Part shown: piece after piece, positions 31,258 to 39,684 of the stretch
How the letters are laid out: each line of letters starts with the position of its first letter
How positions within the stretch are numbered: position 1 is the stretch's first letter
Origin: Spirochaetia bacterium
Lineage (GTDB): Bacteria > Spirochaetota > Spirochaetia > SP-2023
Direction of reading: 5' to 3'
DNA length: 64,000 nt
Assembly: GCA_965225855.1 (NCBI GenBank)
Contig: CBDDCK010000001.1
Location: forward strand, 96,001 to 160,000
The notes under the pieces: model-generated
Seen by the model: only the letters and a program-made list of their open reading frames with translations
Told to the model about the DNA's origin: nothing
Databases searched by the model: none
Made by a program: the position numbers and the translations under genes

Positions 31258-32217
31258 ATGCCATTATTCTTGTATTTAGGCCCAGAAGAATTTCGCAAGC
31301 GTGATATGATGTCTGACCTTTTAAAAAAAAAGGGAATCGCATTAAAAGAATTACAAAGTTATCATGCTTTTAGTGTAAACTTAGATGAATTGCAAAATTT
31401 ATTGCTTTCTCCTCCACTGTTTGGCGATGCTGCTCCTGTTTTATTGACAGATATTGATTTGTTGAGCACGAAAGCGCAGAAGCATTTGGCAGAGCTTTGT
31501 GAGCTTTGCCGTAAATCTGAAAATGAGTCTTTGTTATTTTTTCTTTTTAGTAAAGAATATAAAATTTCGGCAGCTTTGGACAAAGTTTTTCCAAAGAACG
31601 AGCAAAAAGTTTTTTGGGAATTGAGTGAATCTGAAAAGAAAAATCATATACTTACTTTTTGCCGTATCAATGGCAAAGAGATTGAGCCCTTAGCGATAGA
31701 TATTTTGTTTGAGAGAATTTCCTCTGACGTTGTAATGTTGGAGCAAACATTAGCAACCGTTTTTTTGTATTTAGGGCAAAGTGTTGCTCAAATTAGCGAA
31801 GATTTGTTGAATCAAATTTTTGCTCAAAGCCGCGAGGCTACGGTATATGATCTATTCCATTATATGGTAGAGCGAGATTTAGGCCGTAGTTTACAAATAG
31901 TAGATGGTCTATTATTACAAGGTGCTTCTAAAGCAGTTTCTTTGATAACGCAGCTACTGTATCAATGGGATAAATTATTGCAAGTTAAAGAACGAATGCG
32001 CTTTGATCGCTTTGAAGATGTCTGTTCAGCAGAATATGTAAAAACTAAGGCATTAAAGGCTGATATGCGTAAAGGTGTCGAGCATTACAATCTTGTTCAA
32101 TTGCGTAAGATACAAAAAATTAACCAAGATTATAATTTGCATATAAAATTAAGCGGTGTTCTGCAAGAATTATTATTTAAGCATTATATTTATGAAGTTA
32201 TTTCCGTTCGGGGCTAG
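31258..32217 (+). CDS. holA: DNA polymerase III delta subunit
   Basis: LFLYLGPEEFRK, SPPLFGD, KVFWELSESEK, TVYDLF patterns; spirochete synteny. Confidence 0.85.
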   Translation: MPLFLYLGPEEFRKRDMMSDLLKKKGIALKELQSYHAFSVNLDELQNLLLSPPLFGDAAPVLLTDIDLLSTKAQKHLAELCELCRKSENESLLFFLFSKEYKISAALDKVFPKNEQKVFWELSESEKKNHILTFCRINGKEIEPLAIDILFERISSDVVMLEQTLATVFLYLGQSVAQISEDLLNQIFAQSREATVYDLFHYMVERDLGRSLQIVDGLLLQGASKAVSLITQLLYQWDKLLQVKERMRFDRFEDVCSAEYVKTKALKADMRKGVEHYNLVQLRKIQKINQDYNLHIKLSGVLQELLFKHYIYEVISVRG

Positions 32218-32379
32218 TATTTTGTTTGGCAGCCATTGTAGCCTCTATTTTATCACTTAGAGAAAAATCAATTACGAATGTTGAATAAAGTTTAGTTAAA
32301 CCTTGATTTAAATAAACTATGTTAATGAGCACACTGAGGCATTTCAAACAGAAATGTGCTTTGTATATTTAATTGTAAA

Positions 32380-32780
32380 GGTGCCAAGCTCTTAGTGGCT
32401 GCGTTCCAGTTCCCTTTATATAGCAGAATATTTTTTACCAACCGAGTTTTCCATATTTCTAAATGGTTTAAGTAACTGTTTATAATTATTCTTAGTCAAC
32501 GGACGAAAGGCTCTACAGGTAACAATTCGCTGAGAGGAAGTATTGGTTGCCAATAATTGTTGATCGGCTTGGTTGTGTCTTTTGCTCGATTTTCCTACGG
32601 AATGCTCGCAGATTTTGACATCGGTCAGACCCAATTCCTGTAACATGGAACGCAAAATATTGGCCCGTTTCACAGCTGACTCAACTAAAAAAATTGAAAT
32701 TCGTGGTCGCCAAATCGCCATACCTAATAATCAAAATAAATGATTAAAGGAATAGCAGGTAGACCAAGCTCACCCCCTAA
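32380..32780 (-). pseudogene. rsmG: rsmG (gidB) 16S rRNA m7G methyltransferase pseudogene
   Basis: Fragments in different frames: LGLPAIPLII, LVESAVKRANILRSMLQELGL, VTCRAFRPL, ILLYKG. The 5' part is absent at the cassette copy 2 boundary. Confidence 0.75.
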
Positions 32781-33061
32781 CCAAAAACCCACCCCCCAAG
32801 CCTTCACAACAAAAACCAAACCATGCCCTAATTATGTACTTTTGAAAAGTAACAATTATGGACTAGGTCGGCCCATAGGTATCGACTTGCTGCGTCTATA
32901 GCTATGGATTGGTTGCTTTGATGGTTTATAGATTCCGATAATATTCAATGCAAATGGATTGGCATGGATTTTTAAACACTTTACAACACTAAAAAAGTAC
33001 CCTAACACAAAAAAACTTGTAAAAAAGCACAAAAAAAGTTTACAAAAATCTTATATGGGCC

Positions 33062-33088
33062 TTGACGCAACACCCCCCCTAGCAAAAT
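33062..33088 (+). promoter_or_regulatory. Putative sigma70 promoter with poly-C spacer (C7 here, C6 in copy 1)
   Basis: TTGACG-caacaccccccctag-CAAAAT. Spacer is 15 nt here and 14 nt in copy 1; the -10 assignment is weak. Confidence 0.4.
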
Positions 33089-33151
33089 GGGGCGCTGTAC
33101 ACTAGCCCGTATGGGTTGGTTAATCTTTACCCATTTTTGGAGGTATTGCTT

Positions 33152-35050
33152 ATGTATAAGCTCAAACTATTTTTATTGCCATTAGCATTGCTACTGGCCT
33201 TTATGGCCTTGGCCTGCGCACCACCCGATGACGATGATCGATCTTCTGGGCCGTCTGGGCCGACTATCAATAACGCCATCTACGATGTTGGCACGGCACT
33301 GTTAACCATACAAGGTACTAACTTAAATGCTACCAGTGCGACCCAAGCGCAAATCCAAACCATCAAAGTATATGGCGTAGACTTCAGTTCCTATTCTGCA
33401 GATGCCAAACCCACTGGGGTAAATAGTAGCGGTCTTGCAAAAGGTAAGTACCGTATTAAAAGCGATGGCACAGCGCTTTGGCTGAAACTTACCGATCAAC
33501 ATAAAGCTACTCTGAATGGCAAGCCCGGTATGAATAACGATGGTCTAAAAAAAGGGTTGCTTACTAGCACTGGTGCTTGGGCGGGTTTAAATATAGCCAA
33601 AGACTTAACCGTTAGGAATATACCCGATAAGCCATCTGAACAAGCCGAACAAGCTGAAGAGCAGTCGCCTAAGCAATCTAAAGACGAACAAGTCGAACAA
33701 GCTGAACAAGCTGAAGAAGAGTCGCCTAAGCAATCTAAAGACGAACAAGTCGAACAAGCTGAACAAGCTGAAGAAGAGTCGCCTAAGCAAGCTAAAGACG
33801 AACAAGACGAACAAGCTGAACAAGCTGAAGAAGAGTCGCCTAAGCAATCTAAAGCCGAACAAGCTGAACAAGCTGAAGAGCAGTCGCCTAAGCAATCTAA
33901 AGACGAACAAGCCGAACAAGTCGAACAAGCTGAAGAAGAGTCGCCTGAACTACCCGACCCCGCAATTACCCGTGTAACCTACAATGTTATTTCAGGCGTG
34001 TTATATATTAGTGGTATCAATTTACCGAGAGCAGTTGCAGACTGGGACTTTAGCAAATTGACGCTTGTATCCGGTGATGGTACTAGATACCCATTACCCC
34101 GGCACTCAACTTTAGGTAGAAACAGAGCCGAAGGTTCTAATGCAAGTGCAACAGGCTTAGATATTATTTTAAACGGTAGTGTAAGAGCGGAAGCCAATAA
34201 GATACTGGTTAACGATGGTGATAGTGATGCTAATGGTGCATACAACCTGGAAGCAGCAGCAGGCTTTGCAGGTGGTAGCGCAGCAGACACAACCAACCCT
34301 ATTACCGTTAGGGGGTATGTAGCCAGCATCGACACAGCAACCTACGATGCTAATACAGGCGAGTTAGATATTAGTGGTATCAAGTTACCGAGAGCAGTTG
34401 CAGACTGGGACTTTAGCAAATTGACACTTGTATCCGGTGATGGTAGTAAGAGATTCACATTACCCCGGCACTCAACTGCAGGTGAAAACACAGCCACAGG
34501 TACTGGTGCAGATACAGAATACTTAAGTATTACTTTAAGCGGTACTGTAAAAGCGGAAGCCGAGAAGATACTGGTTAAGGAGGGTGTTCGTGATGCTAAT
34601 GGTGCATACAACCTGGAAGCAGCAGCAGAATTTGTACCTGGTAGTCCAGAAGACCTAACCAACCCTATTACCGTTAGTGGGTATGTAGCCAGCATCGATG
34701 AAGCATACTACTATTTTTATGCAGGCCGGTTATTGATTACAGGTAGCAGGTTACCGACAGCAGTTGCAGACTGGGACTTTAGCAAATTGAGGCTTGTATC
34801 CGGTGATGGTAGTAAGAGATTCACATTACCCCAGCACTCAACTGCAGGTGAAAACACAGCCACAGGTTCTAGTGTAAGTGCAACAGGCTTAATAATTACT
34901 TTAAGCGGTAATGTAAAAGCCAAAGCCAATGCTATACTGGTTAAGGCTGGTAAAAGTGATGCTAATGGTGCATACAACCTGGAAGCAGCAGCAGAATTTG
35001 TACCTGGTAGCGCAGAAGACCCAACCACTAGTATTCAAGTTTTTAATTAG
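33152..35050 (+). CDS. Repeat-domain surface lipoprotein, paralog 2 (A-acidic linker-B-B-B architecture)
   Basis: Same RBS, signal peptide and lipobox as paralog 1; three B repeats at 363/366-nt period. Confidence 0.9.
   Translation: MYKLKLFLLPLALLLAFMALACAPPDDDDRSSGPSGPTINNAIYDVGTALLTIQGTNLNATSATQAQIQTIKVYGVDFSSYSADAKPTGVNSSGLAKGKYRIKSDGTALWLKLTDQHKATLNGKPGMNNDGLKKGLLTSTGAWAGLNIAKDLTVRNIPDKPSEQAEQAEEQSPKQSKDEQVEQAEQAEEESPKQSKDEQVEQAEQAEEESPKQAKDEQDEQAEQAEEESPKQSKAEQAEQAEEQSPKQSKDEQAEQVEQAEEESPELPDPAITRVTYNVISGVLYISGINLPRAVADWDFSKLTLVSGDGTRYPLPRHSTLGRNRAEGSNASATGLDIILNGSVRAEANKILVNDGDSDANGAYNLEAAAGFAGGSAADTTNPITVRGYVASIDTATYDANTGELDISGIKLPRAVADWDFSKLTLVSGDGSKRFTLPRHSTAGENTATGTGADTEYLSITLSGTVKAEAEKILVKEGVRDANGAYNLEAAAEFVPGSPEDLTNPITVSGYVASIDEAYYYFYAGRLLITGSRLPTAVADWDFSKLRLVSGDGSKRFTLPQHSTAGENTATGSSVSATGLIITLSGNVKAKANAILVKAGKSDANGAYNLEAAAEFVPGSAEDPTTSIQVFN
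33638..33946 (+). repeat. Intragenic 57-nt tandem repeat (SPKQSKDEQVEQAEQAEEE) built on 9-nt GAACAAGCT subrepeats
   Basis: Five units (four of 57 nt, one of 48 nt) plus partial units. Confidence 0.95.
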
Positions 35051-35091
35051 TAAGTAGTGTTTGGTTGTTGCAACGCTTGCATTGGCCTATT

Positions 35092-35126
35092 GCAGCCTTG
35101 GTAAGTTTTTTTATCAAGGCTGCTTT
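35092..35126 (+). terminator. Probable rho-independent terminator of lipoprotein paralog 2 (mirrored at ~20550-20585)
   Basis: GCAGCCTTGG...TCAAGGCTGC stem followed by TTTT. Confidence 0.65.
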
Positions 35127-35270
35127 TGCCAATTATAGCCTTGGTATGGAGAAAATACCAAGGCTATAAATTTTTTTATTAAGGCTACAAATTTTTTTGT
35201 CAAGGCTGCTTTTGTCAATTATAGCCTTGGTAAATTTTTTTATCAAGGTTGGTTTTGCCAATTATAGCCA
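35092..35270. repeat. Array of AGCCTT/AAGGCT motifs at 21-23-nt spacing
   Basis: Motifs start at 35094, 35116, 35137, 35160, 35181, 35202, 35223, 35245 and 35266; the last two are degenerate. Confidence 0.85.
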
Positions 35271-35274
35271 TTCT

Positions 35275-36040
35275 GGAAAGTAGAAAAAAATCGAGTTATC
35301 ACTTCCTGCATCACTACGATAGACGAATTTAGATAGCGGAATAATTTTAAAGAAAGTGCTGCATCGCTTTGCACAATTTTTGAAACTTCATCTACTTTAA
35401 AGTCCGGATCATTGAGCATACTAATTAAGCGAACTTTAGCCATTTGCGAAGGATTTATTTTTTTGCTTCTCTTTAATTCTGGTTTGGCAAAATAGTACCC
35501 TTGAAAAAGAGTAAAACCAAGCTCTTTACAGTCTTCCAACATTTGCTGGCTTTCTATTTTTTCTGCTAAAAGACGAACTTTTTTGATATTTATATCTTCT
35601 AAACGATGGTTTTAAGCTGCTTAAAATCAGAACCGAGAACTTCAACCTTAACTAAATTAACATATTTGATAAAAGGCATTAGCTCTTCCTGCCCTATAAG
35701 ATCATCAAAAGCAATCATATAGCCTTCAGCTCGGCTACAGCATCTAGTGTTTTTTAGTGGGCTTGACCGTTTCAAGAATTTCTATTATCCCAGCATGAGG
35801 GGAGGAAGCAACCTGGCTGTTCGATCTTCCAACAAAGTTGCAGGAAAGTTTATTAAAAGACGCTACTTTTCTGAAAGCGAAGGATAAATTGAACGAAAAC
35901 AGACAAAACAGGCCTTGTCGCCACTATAACATCAAAGTTTTCAAGTTGATCGGGATTAACACCTTGAGCAGAAAGAAATAAAAATTCATAACTCCCATAC
36001 TTTATTATCTTTAGCAAAGATTGGCTGACGAGCAACAATA
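35275..36040 (-). pseudogene. EAL + HDOD domain (YuxH/PdeH-like) protein pseudogene
   Basis: Frameshifted fragments FINFPATLLED, IIEILETVKP, GYMIAFDDL, LLAEKIES, GFTLFQGYYFAKP, DAALSLKLFRYLNS. Truncated at the repeat array. Confidence 0.8.
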
Positions 36041-36103
36041 AATGTACTTAGACCAGAATCATTTCCGGCAGTAGAAGTCGTATTACCTTTATTAACAGCT
36101 ATA

Positions 36104-37831
36104 TTACTTATTTTTTAAAGCATCACCCAAAGTGAAAGAAGCAGAATCAATATCATCGTTTTTCAATAAATATTGACTAATACTTTGTTGCTCTTCATTT
36201 CGTTCCAAAGCTTTAATAGATAACCCCAAACGCCGCTTTTTCTCATCAATTTCAATGATTAAAGCCCGTATTTTATCGCCATTATTATAATTTTTTAAGA
36301 GCTCATCACGGTCTACTGTTTGATCATTAGTCAAGTCATTTTTATGAATCAACCCCTCTATACCACCAATTGAAACAAAAATTCCAAAATCAGCTTTATT
36401 GACAACGCTACCTTCTATTACAGTTTTCTTTTTCAGTTTCTTTAATTCTTGCCAAGGGTTTTCTTCTAACTGCTTTAACCCTAAACGAATGCGTTGATCT
36501 TTAGCATCGATACTTATTATCTGCACTTCCAAAGATTGATCTACTTTTGCCACATCATTGACACTTCTGCGCTTAGCCCAAGACAAATCATCTTGGTGTA
36601 AGAAAGCATCTATTCCCTCCTCAAGAATAAAAAAAGCACCATTTTTAATTATATTTTTAACCTTCAATGTTAAGCGTGTCCCCACAGGATAACGCTCTTG
36701 AATGGAATCCCAAGGATTTGGCATGGTTTGGCGCAAACCCAAACGCATTCGCTGTGCTTCTGTATCTAGCTCTAAAATTTGTACTTTTACTTGATCTCCA
36801 GTATCCAAAACTTCCTTAGGATATTTAATCTGTTTAATCCAAGACATTTCTGAAACATGAATTAAACCCTCTATACCCGGCTCTAGTTCGGCAAAAGCAC
36901 CATATGTTTGAAGCCGTGTAACTTTACCTTCAACAATTTGACCCACTGAATACTTATCTTGAATCGTGTCCCAAGGGTTTACTTGCATAGCTTTTAAAGA
37001 CAAACCAATCTTCTTTTTTTCCAGATCCATATCTAAAATTTTAAGCTCTAAAATATCTCCGAGTTTAATAAGGTCTTGAGGTTTTTTGACTGGATACCAA
37101 GCCATATTGATAATATGCAACAAACCTGAAAAGCCCCCTAAATCAATAAAAGCTCCAAATTCCACAAAACTGCGGACTTGGCCTTTTACGACATCTCCTA
37201 TTTTATAGGTATCAAAAAATTCTTTCCGTTTGTTTTGCAATTCTTGCTCTAATAATTTACGACGATTTAAAACAATATTTTGGTGCCGACCTTTCGTTTC
37301 AATGCGTTCAATATAAAATTGCATAACACTGTCAATATAACTTTCAGGCGGAGCTGGATGTAAGTCTATTTGCGATAAAGGTATAAAAGCCGTAAACCCA
37401 GGGGCCAATTCTGCTTGAAAACCAACTGGAATAGCTTGCTCTTCATCATCTTTTTTACGGGTCAATAACTTAATGATTCTCGCTTTTAAAACTTTCCCTT
37501 CTTCTAAATTGGCCTCGATTTCTGCACGCTGCAATTCTGCAAATGAAACATTTACATTACCTTCGCTATCTTCTCCTTTAAAGATCACTTCAATGGAATC
37601 GCCTTGGGAAGGTGGATTATTGCCAAATTCTGAACGAGGGATACGACCTTCAGCTTTATAATTAATATTAATAAAAATTTCACTGTCGGTAACCTTTACG
37701 ACAACACCACTAATTTTAGTGCCTTTAGTAAGGATTTGTTTTTGTTCTTCTAAAGCTAATGCTTTTTCAAATTCTGCATCTGAATAATCGAAGTCAATAG
37801 TTGCTGTCGAGGATTTTAAAATCTGGGACAT
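36104..37831 (-). CDS. rpsA: 30S ribosomal protein S1
   Basis: Multiple S1 domains (FGAFIDLGG.SGLLHI, YGAFAELEPGIEGLIHVSEMSW); follows cmk. Confidence 0.96.
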   Translation of the reverse strand: MSQILKSSTATIDFDYSDAEFEKALALEEQKQILTKGTKISGVVVKVTDSEIFININYKAEGRIPRSEFGNNPPSQGDSIEVIFKGEDSEGNVNVSFAELQRAEIEANLEEGKVLKARIIKLLTRKKDDEEQAIPVGFQAELAPGFTAFIPLSQIDLHPAPPESYIDSVMQFYIERIETKGRHQNIVLNRRKLLEQELQNKRKEFFDTYKIGDVVKGQVRSFVEFGAFIDLGGFSGLLHIINMAWYPVKKPQDLIKLGDILELKILDMDLEKKKIGLSLKAMQVNPWDTIQDKYSVGQIVEGKVTRLQTYGAFAELEPGIEGLIHVSEMSWIKQIKYPKEVLDTGDQVKVQILELDTEAQRMRLGLRQTMPNPWDSIQERYPVGTRLTLKVKNIIKNGAFFILEEGIDAFLHQDDLSWAKRRSVNDVAKVDQSLEVQIISIDAKDQRIRLGLKQLEENPWQELKKLKKKTVIEGSVVNKADFGIFVSIGGIEGLIHKNDLTNDQTVDRDELLKNYNNGDKIRALIIEIDEKKRRLGLSIKALERNEEQQSISQYLLKNDDIDSASFTLGDALKNK

Positions 37832-37888
37832 TATAGAGTTCCTTTGATACCGACCTTATTGTCAAGAAACGGGACCGAGCTAGCCTTA

Positions 37889-38578
37889 CTAATCATTAAG
37901 ACTTTGCTGGATTATCTGGCAAACCGCTTTGAGGGTCAAGCGACTAGTATCAATAATATGAGCATTTTTTGCTGGTTTTAAAGTTCCTTCTTTTTTATTT
38001 CGGTCTATTTCGTCTCTAATTTCAATTTGCTGTTCTAACTCATATAAACTTAAATTATTTATATCTAACTGTTGATACCGTCTAAGTGCCCGTACAGAAA
38101 TGCTAGCTTCAAGAAAAAATTTATATTGGGCCCACGGAAAAACAATAGACCCCATATCCCGACCTTCTGCAATTAAATCTTTATGTTCTGCCTGAAGGCG
38201 TAGTAAATTATTAATAAAATGGCGTATTACTGGTATTTTTGATATTTGAGGGGTGAGTATATCCATTTCTGGAGTTTGTAATAAGGCTGTAACTGGCTCT
38301 CCGTTTAATAAAATATCTTCACCATCTTGATATATTTTTATGGCTTGAATGGTTTGCCATAATTCTTCCCATTCGAGCCCTTGCTCTTCAAAAATATTTT
38401 CTAATCTTTCGAGCCCCAATTTTGCAATATCCGCTTTTAAAGCCAAACCCAATGCTCGATAGAAAGAGCCCGATTTTAACAATAATAAGTTTAGCTCTTT
38501 AGCTAAGTAGCTGGAAACTGAACTTTTGCCCACACCTGCTGGTCCATCAATGGTAATTACCAATTTCATTTCTGCCAA
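37889..38578 (-). CDS. cmk: Cytidylate kinase
   Basis: ITIDGPAGVGKSS, AEGRDMGSIVFP, IDTS motifs. Confidence 0.94.
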   Translation of the reverse strand: MAEMKLVITIDGPAGVGKSSVSSYLAKELNLLLLKSGSFYRALGLALKADIAKLGLERLENIFEEQGLEWEELWQTIQAIKIYQDGEDILLNGEPVTALLQTPEMDILTPQISKIPVIRHFINNLLRLQAEHKDLIAEGRDMGSIVFPWAQYKFFLEASISVRALRRYQQLDINNLSLYELEQQIEIRDEIDRNKKEGTLKPAKNAHIIDTSRLTLKAVCQIIQQSLND

Positions 38579-38582
38579 TTAT

Positions 38583-39671
38583 TTAATGATCATTATTTCG
38601 TTGAGGATCTAAAAACATATTCGGATTACCCAATTTGGAATTAACTGCACGCGGATGGGCTATTCGATGAATTTCTTGTAAATGCTGGATTCCCACATGA
38701 GCATAAATTTGCGTACTATTTAACGACTTATGCCCCAGTAATTCTTGGAGAGAACGAATATTGGCCCCGTGATTCAGCAATGTTGTAGCAAAACTATGGC
38801 GTATTAAATGGGGATACAAAGGCCGTTCGAGCCCAGCCATACGGCCCAAATGTGCCAACATGCTGTGGGCTGTTCGAGGCTGTAACCGCGTGCCACGGCT
38901 ATTACAAAATAGAGCCTTTTCTTCTACTGTAATATTATTTTTTTTCTGTTTTGTTTTTTGACCCAAATTGTGCAAAAATAATTGCCGCTCATTTAAATAA
39001 TCAGCTAAGACTTTAGCACAACTGGGTCGTATAAAAATAAAGCGCTCTTTATTCCCTTTCCCCAATATTTTCAATTTTTTAGCGATACAGACAGAATGGA
39101 TTGAGAGGTTATTGATGGGATTTAAACCACTGCGCGGCAATAGCTGTATTACATTTATACTACAAAGCTCGCTAATGCGCATGCCGCTAGAAAAACCTAA
39201 TTCTAAAATAGCACGAGAAAGTTTTTGCATATAATTGCTGCGGAATGCCAAAGAGCACGTGTCTGCTAACTTGCGCAATTCTTCTAAAGTTAGATAGTTT
39301 GGCAAACGCTGGGCTTGGGGCAGTAGAGGAATACTATTCCAAGGATTACAAAAATCGGAAAGGCTATTGCAAGATTCTTCTCTACAAGGGGGCTGTCTAT
39401 CGGCTATAATGCGCTTTTGCAAATATTGATAAAAGCTTTTTAATACCGAAATACGGTGATTGATACTGCGATTGGATAATTTCAACTCGCGCCGTAGTTT
39501 GGCTATATAACTCCTTGCCAAAGGCATATTGATTTGTTGCAACTCGGCCCCTAATTCTTGTAAATAGGCCCGCCATGCTTCTAAGCTGTTGCGATATGCA
39601 ATTATGGTATGGCGGCTATAAGAGCGATTTTTCTCCAAGTAATTCAAAAAATCTTCTACGAAGTCGATCAT
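38583..39671 (-). CDS. xerC: XerC/XerD family tyrosine recombinase
   Basis: YSRHTIIAY, GMRISEL, GKGNKER, HLIRHSFATTLL, QELLGH, TQIYAH catalytic motifs. Confidence 0.85.
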   Translation of the reverse strand: MIDFVEDFLNYLEKNRSYSRHTIIAYRNSLEAWRAYLQELGAELQQINMPLARSYIAKLRRELKLSNRSINHRISVLKSFYQYLQKRIIADRQPPCREESCNSLSDFCNPWNSIPLLPQAQRLPNYLTLEELRKLADTCSLAFRSNYMQKLSRAILELGFSSGMRISELCSINVIQLLPRSGLNPINNLSIHSVCIAKKLKILGKGNKERFIFIRPSCAKVLADYLNERQLFLHNLGQKTKQKKNNITVEEKALFCNSRGTRLQPRTAHSMLAHLGRMAGLERPLYPHLIRHSFATTLLNHGANIRSLQELLGHKSLNSTQIYAHVGIQHLQEIHRIAHPRAVNSKLGNPNMFLDPQRNNDH

Positions 39672-39684
39672 ATATTTAAAGAAT

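Larger units (their letters stand above)
32789..35147 (+). repeat. Inverted duplicated cassette, copy 2
   Basis: Homologous in inverted orientation to 20530-22687. Confidence 0.9.

Noticed and set aside
32931..32958. dif-like site (GATTCCGATAA TATTCA...) in the cassette upstream region
   Set aside because: The XerD arm (TTATGTTAAAT-like) is absent.
33638..33946. CRISPR array
   Set aside because: Units are contiguous with no unique spacers, lie in frame inside a CDS, and no cas genes are present.
33605..35028. Minus-strand repetitive ORFs (F/L/R-rich and MLATYPLTVIG types)
   Set aside because: They are antisense mirrors of the lipoprotein repeats with no independent support.
20626..35050. 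Diversity-generating retroelement acting on the lipoprotein repeats
   Set aside because: No reverse transcriptase in the window, and the differences include indels and block swaps rather than an evident adenine-specific pattern.
20530..35147. Inverted duplication as an assembly artefact
   Set aside because: The copies differ in domain number, linker and many substitutions, so they are distinct paralogues. The orientation of the intervening block could still be assembly-dependent.
35092..35270. CRISPR or mini-array
   Set aside because: Motifs are only ~6-10 nt, occur in both orientations and are separated by low-complexity A/T tracts rather than unique spacers.
38583..39671. Tyrosine recombinase as prophage integrase or dedicated invertase of the cassettes
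   Set aside because: It has XerC/D-type sequence, sits tightly within the valS-cmk-rpsA housekeeping run, and no phage genes or att sites are visible. A role at the cassettes is unsupported.
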